Assembly: GCA_010093605.1 (NCBI GenBank)
Contig: MU004182.1
Span: 2,465,195-2,529,194, forward strand
Direction of reading: 5' to 3'
Source: Lophium mytilinum
Lineage: Eukaryota
DNA length: 64,000 nucleotides
Positions 14,101 to 26,052 of the stretch are shown here, in pieces (position 1 is the stretch's first letter; every line of letters begins with the position of its first letter). The notes beneath the pieces are model-generated. The model was not told the origin of the DNA. It made no database searches and saw only the letters and a program-made list of their open reading frames with translations. The translations under genes were made by a program, and so were the position numbers.

Positions 14101-15051
14101 GGCGTTTTGATCCAGTATTCCCTTCTTCTTGCGAAGACTGGCGACGCTAGGGCCTGCTTCACAACTCTCAAGGGCGCAAGCGATTCCAGTATATTCTTCC
14201 ACCGGAAGGATCTCCTATACCGCATCTACACTTGCTGGCTTGCCTGCGCCATCGAGTGCGACTCGTCCCAGCAAACCGTCAACGCCGTCCGCTGGTTCAT
14301 GAAGAACTTCCCCTGCTCTAGCGACATCTACCGCCTCTACAGCTTTGCCAACCGCCTACTGGGCGAAGGAAGTTTCTACAGCACCGCCGTCAACCAGAAA
14401 CTAATCCTCCGCCACATCAAACTCTCCGACTACAAGCAGATGACAGAACCGCAGCGCGACTGGTTCAAGTACAACGATACCGCGCGTGCCAACTATCTGG
14501 GTAGGGCGGTGCGAGACGGGTTCCTGCGACATGTTCAGGGCCACGACGCAGCCCTCTTCGCGCTCTTAGGCCACACCCTCGCCGATGGCGCCACCTACAC
14601 AGCCGCGCTCAACTACTACTTCCGTGCCTACACCATCTGCCCGGATGACCCTATCCTGAACCTCTGCATCGGGCTGTGCTACGTGCAGCATGCGATGAAG
14701 CGCCAGAGTGAGAATCGCCAGTTCCAGGTTCAGCAGGGCATGGCGTTTGTAGTCCGCTACTACGAACTTCGGACGAAGGAAGATATCGCCGTGCTCGTAC
14801 AGGAAGCCGAGTTCAATATGGGACGCGTGTGGCATTTGTTGGGCTTGAGCCAGCTCGCTATGCCATGTTATCGGAAGTGTATTGAGCTCGGCCCGAAGGT
14901 GAGAGCGGAGCATGAGAAAGGGGAGCAGAGTGGGGACGCAGTAGAAGATTTCAGCGCCGAGGCCGCGTTTGCGATTCAGACGATACTGGCGCTGGCGGGT
15001 GATTTCGAGGGCGCGAGGAAAGTGACGGAGGAGGCGCTTGTTATCGAGTGA
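11106..15051 (+). CDS. TFC4: RNA polymerase III transcription factor TFIIIC TPR subunit
   Basis: Acidic and RG-rich N-terminus followed by TPR repeats (ANESYL...AIQLNP...HSLLSEIY). C-terminal ALNYYFRAY..PDDP.LNL.IGL.Y...AMKRQSENRQ...QEAEFNMGR..H.LGL..LA motif. Intron at about 12867-12915. Confidence 0.9.
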
Positions 15052-15464
15052 GTTGGGGTCTTGGGTTTGAAAACATGGTTATGGCGTCGATGGGAGGGGA
15101 GTATCGAAAGGCGAACTTGTGGCATTTGAGGAGTTTTGAGCTGCTCTCGCATTTCTCGGAGTCTTATCAGATAGCATGAAGGGTGGTAATAGTTTGCGTT
15201 GAACACGGAAAAGCTACATCTACTCTGTTCTCTTGCAACGATCCAATTACTCTCGACCACGGTGACCTGGAAGCTAACAAAATAAGTGTCGTGAATCGTC
15301 AAAGCACCCAGCGCACGCTGGTCTCCAGAAGACCCATCCAAACCCTATCCAAACAGCAAAAGAATGACATCGCTCCCTAGAACCGAAACAAAGATGAAAT
15401 GAATGAACCAAAAACACCATCGTAGTCCGCACTCCTTTGATCAATTTCATGACAGGATCCCGTC

Positions 15465-18400
15465 CTACCAACCCCCTCGCGCCCTTCTCTCCTTTATCTT
15501 CCCCCACCCTGTCTTGCCAGCAAGCGCACCTCGCAGCGCTCTCCGCACAGCCCAGCCGCGCGCGCGAGCCTGGAAAGCCGTAATATCATTCCTCAACCTT
15601 TCTTGTCGTTGATCCAATACCTTTCTCCAACCTCTCTGTAACACCGTGGCTGCATTCACAACCCTCTCTCTCGTCCGAACGACCTTTGCACACTCCAAAG
15701 CCAACCTCATCAGCGTGACGCGGCGCCGACTGGTCCGACGAACCAGGAAAAGGCGGAAGCAGCGCTGTATGGTAACAGCAGCGCGATGAGCACGGGCGAG
15801 TGGTGGCAGGCGTGAGGCGAGGAATGCGAGAGTCTGGAGCGTGAAATCCTTCGAGGGGATGGGCGTGGCGAACTTGGAAGACGGAGTGAAGAGGGAGACG
15901 AAAGCGGTGGAGCAGCCAGCTGCTTTGAGCTTTGGTGCTAGAGATCCATTGCGGTTGGTCGATTTGGACATTGATGTGCTTGTGTTGATATTTGTGGGGA
16001 GGTAGGCGTCCATGATTGCTTCGAAAACTCTACCGTCGGCGAAGGATGTTGTTAGATTTGAGACGCGAAGGCCGTGCAGGCGCGCGATGCTGAATGCCCA
16101 ACTCTTTAGGAGGTACTTGTAATGGGCAAGGCCTTCTAGTGATGTTGTATCCTCGTCGGAGGAGTAGAGGTCGGATTCCGGATCCGGGTGTTGCTCATAC
16201 CACGCGCGTCGGAACGTAGCAATCTCTTTCTCGACATCGCTCCAATTGACGAGAGCTCCAAGACCCCATTTGCCGACGAGAGCCCAGAGTAGGCTGAGCG
16301 TCTTTTCGCGATGGCCGTCTACGATGTCTTCAGGTCTCACGTCGGAGATTGCGCGGTGTGGAATGCCTCTGATACCGTCAAGGGCGCTCAAGGCAATCTG
16401 GGCATTGTACAGCTTCTGTGCACGAGCGAGGCTCGGGAACTTGAGGTGCTGGGAGAGGACCCATGTCTCCTTTGGATTCAGATCGAAATTACTCGTCAAC
16501 AACTCGCCGGTCGGCATGGTAATTGTAACTGTTTCATCTCGTTGCGCTGCGAGAGAAGAGGGAGGATACAAGAGTAACTCTACCAGTCTGGTGAGGAGAA
16601 CACCATCCCGCAGATCGGTTGCCAGATTTCCAACGTGGTATGTGTATTCTTGTAGAGGGTATTGAGCGTGCTTGACGCGGTAATTAAGATGTCCGAGGGG
16701 GCGAGTAACATCGCCCACAGATGGCAACAGCATCGTCGACAACGATTGCAGTACCGTAGCAGAGGTCTTGTGTGGCGATGAGAGCTGAAACAGACAACCG
16801 GGAAGGATGTCTGTAGTCTTCGCCTTGTCCAATAACATAATGAGCATCAAACTTCGAAGGACTGTCCTCCTCCAGGACCAGCCTTGGGTTCCAAAGTCGT
16901 CTCCGTGATGTTCACCACCTCTGGCAATCCTGGCGATTGTGCCGACACCAGTCTTGACGCGTACTGCATCTTCATTGCGGATCAAAAACGTATCAAGGAA
17001 ACCGTCGATCGCTCTTCGTTCAGCACGCAGCTGGCGCTCGCCACAATCTGAGCTCATCGATCCTCCAGACAACCTGGAAGAGACTGGGATTTTCCGGCCT
17101 ACGACTGTTTCGGCTGCACATCTAAGGGCAGTAAGATCGTATGTTTCTACCCATAGATTGAGGAATTTGCGGCGGAGTCCCACGTCGTCCTTGATTCGTA
17201 ACGTCTGAGCTAGGAGGTCTTTGGGAACGCTCAGGGCCCCATAGAGAAGCGACGCTTGAATACGTTTGTGGAGTAATGGAACTGCTGGCTCATGATATAT
17301 CTTGATCAGAGCTTTCCGGAGATCATCTGGGTCCAGATCAAGGTTGACCCCTTTATTTACTGAGTCGAAGAACGAATTCAGGAGCTGCGTGATGGCTACT
17401 TCTTGATAGTTCAGCCAATGATCTTCATACAGTTCCGGTCTGCAGAGATCCTCGGACAGCACTGGGTATTTTTCTGGCCGCACTCTCCTTTCATGAGCAA
17501 CTTTTGGGACACTGAGTTTAGAAGGTGGGCGTTCCGGTCGAGCTCTGCGTAAAGCGGACGGCGGGGAATTCTTGGGCTGAAACGGAGACGAAGATGCAAG
17601 GGGTAGTGCTTTTGATATCCTTCTCGAGGTCGCCTTTCGCGCAGCAGTGGGGGCAGAAACTCCATCCGCGCGAATTTTGTGGGATTTGGCAGGGGATCCG
17701 GAGTGGCCGATTTCCGAGTTGACTCGTTTGCGACTGCCTTCCACCTTGACTCTGGAGACTGGAACAGGCTCAGGTGCCTTAGAGGAGGCGAAATGGACCC
17801 TTGCCGGCTTCAACGCCCCATCCCCAGATCCTGCCTTAGAGAAGTTGAATTGACGCTCTTTCTTGGTAGCCTTCTTCTCGTCAATTGAGAAGCATCCAGG
17901 GGGCATATTCTCCTTTCCACCTCCCTTGCCCGCGAGATCCTCCGAGAACGATACGGTCTGTAAAGGGCGCGAAGTGTGTTGTAAGGGTCCGCGTTTAGGA
18001 GGCACTGCTAGAGATTGCCGTGAAGTCTTCTTGTCCTGCTTCAAGGCTGGTACAAGATTTTCTGGTTCTTCCTCCGAAAGAGTGACGAGCTCGAGTCCAA
18101 AGTTAGGAGATTTCACCCGACCTTCTTTGTGCTTGTGGGTAGGGGCTCCTGGGTGTATCGTGATCATGGTCGTGCCATCCGACGGAACGTAGATGGTCCT
18201 CCGGCGCGGGTTCTTCTTGATTTCCGATTTCCTGCGCTCTCTGACAGCGTCCTTCTGCATGAGCACTGTGTTTTCTGCTTCTTCGCCGGCCCGGTCCGCG
18301 AGTATAGACGATACTCGTCGTCTTGCGGTTGGCCTCACGGTTTGCGGAGGCGGTTCCTTCTTTACAGGTGGTGCAGCAACTGGGATCTTTTGCGCCGGTT

Positions 18401-18776
18401 GTGCCAGTATGGTGCTCCTCCTGGCATTTCCTTCTTTTGGCAGAAGCGATGTTCTACTCCTCCTGCTGACTTCTGGTGCGTTTTGTTGTTGTTGCTCCTC
18501 CAGTGCCACGTCCTCGAATATGTCCATGGACGGGTTGAAAGTGGACTTTCGCGCCGCATCTCGTGGTCGCCTTCGGGGTTTCGCGTTCCGAAAACTGTTT
18601 TGGAGTTCTGTTGTGTATTCTAATGCAGTGGTAGTGTCATCCTGGAGGTATGATGTTGTTGACGTCGCGTATGCCGAGGGCTGGTATGCGTGCTGGTAAT
18701 AGCGATCGATATTCGGGAAGGATGGATTTGGCGGCGCCGGACATGGCGTGCCATCTGTATAGCGGCGGATATTCAT
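15465..18776 (-). CDS. ASPM/Asp-like calmodulin-binding protein (fungal Sha1 type) with CH domains and IQ motifs
   Basis: Single 1103-aa ORF. CH motifs NLATDLRDGVLLTRLVELL, DIVDGHREKTLSLLW and VSNLTTSFADGR. IQ motifs AAVTIQRCFR, AATVLQRGWR and FQARARG. Confidence 0.85.
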   Translation of the reverse strand: MNIRRYTDGTPCPAPPNPSFPNIDRYYQHAYQPSAYATSTTSYLQDDTTTALEYTTELQNSFRNAKPRRRPRDAARKSTFNPSMDIFEDVALEEQQQQNAPEVSRRSRTSLLPKEGNARRSTILAQPAQKIPVAAPPVKKEPPPQTVRPTARRRVSSILADRAGEEAENTVLMQKDAVRERRKSEIKKNPRRRTIYVPSDGTTMITIHPGAPTHKHKEGRVKSPNFGLELVTLSEEEPENLVPALKQDKKTSRQSLAVPPKRGPLQHTSRPLQTVSFSEDLAGKGGGKENMPPGCFSIDEKKATKKERQFNFSKAGSGDGALKPARVHFASSKAPEPVPVSRVKVEGSRKRVNSEIGHSGSPAKSHKIRADGVSAPTAARKATSRRISKALPLASSSPFQPKNSPPSALRRARPERPPSKLSVPKVAHERRVRPEKYPVLSEDLCRPELYEDHWLNYQEVAITQLLNSFFDSVNKGVNLDLDPDDLRKALIKIYHEPAVPLLHKRIQASLLYGALSVPKDLLAQTLRIKDDVGLRRKFLNLWVETYDLTALRCAAETVVGRKIPVSSRLSGGSMSSDCGERQLRAERRAIDGFLDTFLIRNEDAVRVKTGVGTIARIARGGEHHGDDFGTQGWSWRRTVLRSLMLIMLLDKAKTTDILPGCLFQLSSPHKTSATVLQSLSTMLLPSVGDVTRPLGHLNYRVKHAQYPLQEYTYHVGNLATDLRDGVLLTRLVELLLYPPSSLAAQRDETVTITMPTGELLTSNFDLNPKETWVLSQHLKFPSLARAQKLYNAQIALSALDGIRGIPHRAISDVRPEDIVDGHREKTLSLLWALVGKWGLGALVNWSDVEKEIATFRRAWYEQHPDPESDLYSSDEDTTSLEGLAHYKYLLKSWAFSIARLHGLRVSNLTTSFADGRVFEAIMDAYLPTNINTSTSMSKSTNRNGSLAPKLKAAGCSTAFVSLFTPSSKFATPIPSKDFTLQTLAFLASRLPPLARAHRAAVTIQRCFRLFLVRRTSRRRVTLMRLALECAKVVRTRERVVNAATVLQRGWRKVLDQRQERLRNDITAFQARARGWAVRRALRGALAGKTGWGKIKERRARGGW

Positions 18777-19104
18777 CGGGATGTGTGCGTGCCCATATAC
18801 GGTTCCCCGGAGTTGCAGGTGTGGTTGTGGGGATCTCGAGAATCATGGTGTTGGCAGCATCACCCTTGGTCGCGTCGCTAAATGCAGTTGCTAGAGGCAA
18901 CAGATCAACAACAAACTAATTATCGCAACGTAAATATAGTGAGAATTCACGGGGACTGAGCCAATGTAGCGACTTGTATTACTCTTGGTTAAATATGGAT
19001 ACCGTACTTTTATTTACATTTGACTAGACTACTAGAAACGATGACGAAACTACCCAATGAATCGTCTGGCAGCTGAGTTAGAGATGCCAGCGACGTCCAT
19101 GACC

Positions 19105-21281
19105 TCAATTCCCTGCCCACCATGTATAGTTATTGGTCTCGGCAGCAGTATCGAAAACAAGCTCACTGCTCGAATTAAGAGGGCGATCTCGCCACACATT
19201 GCGCAATCCAACCCAAGCTGCGACTTCAGCAACATGCACACTAGCACCCTCGTCTACGTAGACGCCGAAGTTGGTCGAGTCCTCGCGACTAGGGTAGATA
19301 CGCGTGGTGAGAGCGAAGCGACCCTAAAAATTTGATATGAGTTCCAAAAACTCATAGCTGGGACGACGTCTAAGCTTAAGGAGATACTCACATTGACATA
19401 GACTTCTAGAAGCGAACCATCCAGGAAGACGCTCATAGTGATGCTCTCCACGCCAGTGGCCGCCAGAGTGTAGGGACGGAAGTATCCCACGACAGTCGAA
19501 TTCGCAAACTCTACAATAGTAGAGGAATGAGAACGGTCGACATTGAGGGTATGATTGGAAGAGTCGTAGTAGATATTAGTGTACTCTTTTCCACCAGGTG
19601 AGGCAGCGACTGTCAGACCAGCCATTCCCTTGAAGTCGTTAAAAGTGGCAGCGAGCTCCATATGACTACTCCCTTTGCCCGCAATCTTGCTCGAAGAACA
19701 GGCGCCTATCGGGAACTTCACAGATTTTGAGCCTTTTCGAAGGCCAGTGACCACATCTGAGAGTGGACGAGCACCGAGCGTATAGGCCGTGTAAGTGCCA
19801 TCGCTCTTCTTGACGAAGTGGGAGCTGCCGGGGGTGGTCGAGCTATCATCAACGACGCCAGCAACCTCGTGAACGAAAAGCTCGCGAGGAAGCGCCATAC
19901 AGCCCTGGAAGCCCTGTTGGTTGATGGAAAAACTGCCTTCATCTTCTGGTGCCCAACCCCACTGAACCCGGCGATGATTCTTAGTATCATTGAAACTCGT
20001 CAAAGCATAGAGAAGCCCCCAATCGGCCGCGCTACCTGAGACTGGAGTGAACTGGGCGGACCCATTGTCGCGTCTTGTAACAACTCCCTCGTTCCACAAA
20101 GCCCAGTGTGCACTTTCATGAAAGCTCACATTGCCGCCTTCGGAGCCCATATTAGTGAAGTAGTGTTGAGCTCCAGTAGAGTCTTCCAGAGAGAAGAAGC
20201 CAGATCTATGTGTATGTATAGTTAGCAGTAGTTCTCTTTATCCGAAAGACGAGGTAGATCACGTACACTTCAAAATTAAATCCGTACGAGCCAGTCTCGA
20301 GAACAGAGCCCAGGCTCGAGTTGTCTGCAGGTTCCCAGAGGGCACCAAGGAATGTCCAGCTGGTCAAATCGCTGGCAGGGGCAGAGTAGAACGGAATACG
20401 TGGGCCGACGCCTTTGATTCCAGATCCAAACACAGCGTAGTAATGTGGTTCAGATTGATCCAGCAACGCATCCATCGCCGGCCAGGGCTCTACAAAAGGA
20501 TCTCGCCATCCGGTAATGTTCCAATCTCCTGGCACCTCAGTAATGATTGGGTTGCCCGGATATTCCTGCCATGTGACGCCTCCATCGGAAGACATTGCAA
20601 TGCTTTGGCTTTCAGTTCCACGATGATACGGAATTGACCAACTGGTAGGGAGATAGGAGACAGATGTATAGAAGGCCAGGAGAGTGCCGTCTTGTTCACC
20701 ATGGAGATTGACTGGTTGAGCGGTACCAGAGAAAATTCCGAGCCCGTTGTACTTTCCCACTGGTCCAGTGCCCAGAGCTTGAGCATCTTGGTCATGCCAG
20801 CCGCCGACGTCTTCCCATGTAATGAGGTCTTTCGAAGTAGCATGGCTACAATGAATCAGCAATCTGTCACCCGCCAAGGTCAGTCAAAGTTCATAGAGCT
20901 TACCCCCACGAGATGTTTCCTGTAGTAGTGTGAGTATGGCAAGACCGTTAATGTTGCTCATAACTCACCCCAGTTGACATGTTTCGGATGCCATTGATAG
21001 AAGAGATGGTATATGTCCCTTGTTGGGTCGTACATGGAACCGCAAGGATCCTGAATCACAGGTCAGCAATAGTCTTTGATGCATGGATTGCTTGAACAGT
21101 CGAAAAGGGATTGAGTGCTGACATTCATCCATCCTGCGGGAGGTAGAAAGTGAGCTATCGGGCGCCATCGGGTGAAGAGGCTGTTGTTTCCCATCGCTTC
21201 TATCGTCGAAGCTTCCAGGGTTTGCGCAGACACGATGCCTAGTGTACCGAGCACTAGGCTCAGCAGATTCGTGGCTCTCAT
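19105..21281 (-). CDS. Secreted glycoside hydrolase family 32 (beta-fructofuranosidase/inulinase), multi-exon
   Basis: Signal peptide MRATNLLSLVLGTLGIVSA, GWMN|DPCG nucleophile motif split by an intron, SWGHATSKDL, FSGT, WRDP, GFNFE, C-terminal FLDGSLLEVYVN. TGA at 19107-19105. Confidence 0.92.
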
Positions 21282-22061
21282 CCTTGGGTATAAAAGTCAA
21301 TCGACTAAGACTAATTAATGTGCAGACTTGAGATTCAATTGAGCATCACAGAATTACCCGTTTTGCATGGAAATCCCCAGAACTTAAGGCAGAAGTCATT
21401 CTAGAAACGGTCATAGCCATGACAAAATGCATGGCCACAGGGAATAGCCGATCGATCTGAATGGAGAGAGACGCAGAGATGACGGGACGGACAAGGATAA
21501 TTTCACGGTAGCGCATGTCGTTCCCCCGCATCTCCACATTTTGGGATCTTCCCGAGCCGAGGAGCGGCACGATCAGTACGACTATCCTGATCCGAGCAGG
21601 CCCAGACCGAGATGAATTTGGCGATGGCAGCCCATGACGCCGGTGTGCATTGAAAAGAGGTTCGCGAAATCGCGCGGAAAGTTTCTCGGGGACCGTCTAT
21701 TGACTATACTAACCGAATCTTGGGGAAATGCTATCTAATCAGCATCCAAGTAGACTGTGAGGCTCCACCACGTTGAGTCCGAGGAGGAACCTCCGTAGCT
21801 CAGGGCACAAGTGCCGAAAACCAGGCTGCCGGGGATTGGGGCCGTTGTACGGCAATTTACAGTGCTGGGATATTTTATGTAGCCTGGGCACTACGGTTCG
21901 AACCCCTCCGATGCATGTTATTGAATTGGACAAAGTGCTTAGACAAAACGTAAACTCACCAGGCCACCCTGGGTGGTGGTAAATTGGTGTACGTATAGTG
22001 GTCATATGGCGCAGAGTGCTAAGTTTTCCCCCGCCATTTTGAAGCCTCACAGGCAGTGGTA

Positions 22062-24272
22062 TCAATCTGAGTCTCCCTCAAATTCGGATACGTCTGGGTC
22101 TATAATGCCGTTAGATTGGACTGCATTCATAGCAAATGAAACAAGCATACCTCTCCAAGGAGTATACTCCAACCTTCCCCCAACCTTCACCATCAAGCTT
22201 TCTCGAACCAGACTGAGTTCGTCTTCGGATAGTAAAGCGCCCGGGTCAGCCATTCCAATTAGTAGGACTAGGCCCTGGTTACCCGGGCCCAATTTCGACA
22301 CAAACTCCAATAGGCCATCCAACGTAAATTTGCTCATGACCATGAAGGTCATACTCCTGAGGTTGCGGAGGCCAGCAGCCTTATCCAGCACAGCGTCTGT
22401 CACTTCTAAGCCGCTGATGTAGAACTCTTCGAGATTGTCCAGTTTGTCGATGATTTGGTTGAAATGCTCATCTTTGAGCCAATCTGACACGCCGCGTAGC
22501 TCTAACTCTCTCAATTCCGTCAAAGCCTTCAGCGAGTCAACGAGAACATCAACGTCATCTCTGAACATTTCATCGCTGTCGCCGCTCAACGTCAAGGCTC
22601 GTAAAGATTCGCGCTGGTGTACAAGCGCCTGGTGAAACATCTTGTTGCTGCTCACAACGTAGGTGTCAATATCGAGCTTCCGGAGGTGGATCTTCTCCTC
22701 CAAGAGAAGTGGAAATACGATGGCAGCTGCATCCACGAAATTGGTGAGGCTGAAGTTTTTCAGGTCCTTGCAGTTTCGGAGCCAATCAATGACTTCAAGG
22801 AAGACGTCATTTTGAGTCGCTTTGATATCTGTATGGCCGTCGTTATCCTCTAGCCTAAGGGTCTCAACCGCCGTACAGCCCTTCAGAAGCGAAAGGTGAG
22901 GAAGTGTATCAGTACGGAGACACAGTCTCAGCTCCTTCAAGGATTCGCCATGGGCATTTAAAGCTAGAAAGGCTTCTGGACCAATTCCAGTGTCGCTGAT
23001 GGTCTCGAGATATTTGAGGGATTGGGGGCGAAGCCCACCGATGAAGCTGGAGAGCTTGTGATCACGGTCATCAGATTGCCTAGCTACATGTTAGCATGCA
23101 GTACAGTGACAAGCTATCAGCTTGTGCGTGCTCGTTTGGCACTGCTAGCGATGCCTCCGTGGTGTTTCCAAAATATATGCGCAATACAAGTTTCGTGCAG
23201 CGCAAATCTAAGCTGCCTCTTCACGGAATACCAATGCAAGGAGCAGCTCAGCTAGCATATAGCTAGTCAGCTAAAAGGCTGCCCAATCCCCACTGCCGTC
23301 ATTGACACCGTTTTCGTAGTTTTGAAAGCTCACGGGGTACCATAAGCACTGGTAAACGGATGTGGCCAAACCTATGGTATGACGCAGTATAAAGCACGAC
23401 TGACGAGAAGAAAATGATGTCGTACCAATGGTAGATGCTGAGTGCGTCGAAGTGCGGGCAGTTGTCGCGGATAGAGGCATGCAGTAGCTTATCCTCCAGC
23501 GCCATGCCGTCCCATAATTCCAACGAGTGAAGTCGCGGAAGTCGCGGAACCCATCGGACGAGTGCATGTGACAGTACTATAAGATTGATTAGAGCATAAT
23601 CATGCTGAATTTAGATAAGCCTATAGCTCACGTCGACCACTTATTTGCTCGAGCATCGGCGTGTGCTCGGTAACGGCTGCGATAGCATTAGCAAATGGTT
23701 GTGGATTGTGGTAACTTCCTTCTACATGTGGGAGGTGGAGATTACCTTCTCCAACCGCGTCTATGATGGAATTGACATTCAGGACGGTTCGCTTGCTCTT
23801 GCGATAAGGTACCTCAATGGTATGATGGAATTTGGCGAGGTCTGCCCTGAAGAAGCTCCTAGAGGGATTAGTCAGTGCGAGCTCAAATTACCTACAATGG
23901 CGGCCGGACTTACTTCAAGATCTTGCCTTTGAACTTGTCATTCTCTAGGAGATATGCCAGATCACGCAGATCGAGTGTTGTAATGTATCTGCAGTAAGGG
24001 AAGAGAGTCGCATTCAACGCGGACGCAACAATAGACCTCCACAAGATAGACCATTTCTGAACCACCAGCTCATGAGTAGCTATAGATATAGCCTCGTCAT
24101 CCCCTCCACCTCGGACTGGAGACTTGTGATGGGAGCGGTAGAGCCATGTCAAAGCTGGGATCGCTAAGGCGCGGCTTGCTGTGGCGCAATTGAACAAGGT
24201 GTCGAAACTGCGTTGCAATGCCAATTCCTCGCATAACATATGCAAGATGTCATCTGGGAGTTGCGGAACCAT
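22062..24272 (-). CDS. F-box-like / RNI-like leucine-rich repeat protein, multi-exon
   Basis: N-terminal LPDDILHMLCEEL (F-box-like), FPYCRYITTLDLRDL, repeated LxxLxL units (LKELRL, VETLRL, LRELEL, LEEFYI). Four introns inferred. Confidence 0.7.
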
Positions 24273-24331
24273 GGTTTTATGATGGATGTTATGGATGGGT
24301 GGATGGAAGGAGGGCTGCTGATAGCGCGTGG

Positions 24332-24386
24332 TGACGTCGACGTCAACGGGGAAAGGTTTGTTTGGCGAGAGCCAGAGCGCGTCGCG
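24332..24386. promoter_or_regulatory. Candidate elements in a 244-bp divergent promoter: 14-bp palindrome TGACGTCGACGTCA and CGCG-A-CGCG (MCB-like)
   Basis: Palindrome at 24332-24345 and CGCGTCGCG at 24378-24386, between the ATGs at 24272 (-) and 24517 (+). Function is inferred. Confidence 0.4.
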
Positions 24387-24516
24387 TTCGTTCTTCACGA
24401 AAACACCATCGCCTCAGGCATCACGGGAATCCGATAGGCGAGAGATAATGACAGGACGTAGTGGCCGACGGATTTGGAAGGCCACCTAAACGCCGCAGAA
24501 ATCTTCAGCGCCCATC

Positions 24517-26052
24517 ATGGAGACGCTTGACTTCACCCTGAAGCCGGAAGCGGCTGCAAAAATCCATGATATTCTCACATGTCTCGCTAAATTCAGCGAT
24601 ACCGTTGCGATTGAAGCTCGAAGGGAGAGGGTGAGCAATTTTCAATTCTAACTGGAAACAATTTCTTATCAGAGTCACAAGTTGTCTTTCACGGCCTTGA
24701 ACTCTTCCAAGTCTGCTTATGCGTCGTGTTCCCTGGAAGGGAAGACGTTCTTCTCAACTTACGAATGTCGCCCCAAGAATTCTGCAGCAGATGGGCGCTT
24801 CACATGCAGCATGTATAGCAAGGCAAGTTCTCCACCGAAAAGGATTGTGACGACTGTCTAACCCACTCCTATCCAGGCCCTGCTGTCTGTGTTCAAGCCG
24901 CGCCTTGATGACGCTCGAGGAAAAGACACTGCCATCGATCGTTGTGAGGTCAGTGTGCAAGACCGACCAGATAAGACTGAATGTCGCTTCGTGGTGAAGA
25001 TGGTGTGCAACCAAGGCGTCACCAAAACTTACAAACTGACGTATGAGTCCGTTGAAGTCTTGCACGCGCTCTTTGACAAAAATGCTGCCAAAAACCATTG
25101 GAGCATCTCGTCTGGTCTGCTGAAAGAGTATATCGAGTACTTTGGTCGCAAGACGGAACAGCTCGACATCTATGCTGAGGAAGATCGGGTGGTCTTTACG
25201 AGTTTCACCGAGAAGATCACCAATGGCAAAGGTATGTTTCATGGCGCATACTCCCGACTGCACTAACATCTGATAGAGATATTGAAACAGCCTTTGCAGA
25301 CTGCCGTGGCTGTCAACGTTGCCGACTTCGAGAAGTTCTCTGCGCAGGAGAGGATGCATACTATAATCAGCGTTAAAGACTTCAGAGCCATAGTCCTCCA
25401 CGCAGAAACTCTCAAAACCAGCCTGAATGCCTATTACTCTCACCCTACGCGACCTCTACAGCTCAACTACACGTCGGATGGCATGTACTGCGAGTTTACA
25501 CTCATGACCGCGGGAGATTACGTTGATACACCTCCCCCATCCGCAGCTCCCGTAGGACCATCGAGGACGACATCTAGGGCCCCATCAACTGCCACAGAGC
25601 GGTCGGAGAGCCGAAGCTTCAGACAGGATATGCCCCCTCCCCCTGCGCCTACAACACGCACATCAGCACGCCGCCTCGGCAATTCCGGAGCTGCGAGGAA
25701 AGCACCATCACCAATACCCAGTGAGGCTGACTCCGAAAGCCTCTTTGTCGGACAAGACGAAGATGCGCAGTGGGATCCAGCAGAATCTAGAAATGACGAA
25801 GAAACCCTAGGATGGGACGCTAGTGCTGAAAACGTACGCTCGAAGTTCTTCTACTCTTATCGGATACTAAATCCCTGTGTAGGACGTAGCAATTTACCCA
25901 ACTTTCCGAGATAGTGGAAGTTTGGCACGCACTCAATCGGAAGAGAGTGCAGATGGAGTTGCGCCAACGCAGCGTATCTCACAGGTAGGCTGAACATACT
26001 CACTAGCGAACAATCAAGTATTAACATTCTCTAGATTAAGGGACTGTGGTGA
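24517..26052 (+). CDS. rad9: 9-1-1 checkpoint clamp subunit Rad9 (Ddc1 family), multi-exon
   Basis: IHDILTCLAKFSDTVAIEA, LSFTALNSSKSAYAS, ECRFVVKMVCNQGVTKTYKL, LKQPLQTAV, VKDFRAIVLHAE, PTRPLQL. Acidic tail ending PTQRISQIKGLW*. Confidence 0.9.

Noticed and set aside
21895..21906. GGTTCGAACCC resembling a tRNA T-loop/B-box
   Set aside because: The flanks do not pair into a T-stem or acceptor stem and no A-box or cloverleaf can be built.
24754..25443. 229-aa antisense ORF and similar long shadow ORFs (e.g. 11579-12091, 49670-50248, 58310-58981)
   Set aside because: They overlap well-supported genes on the opposite strand or in another frame and are by-products of codon bias.
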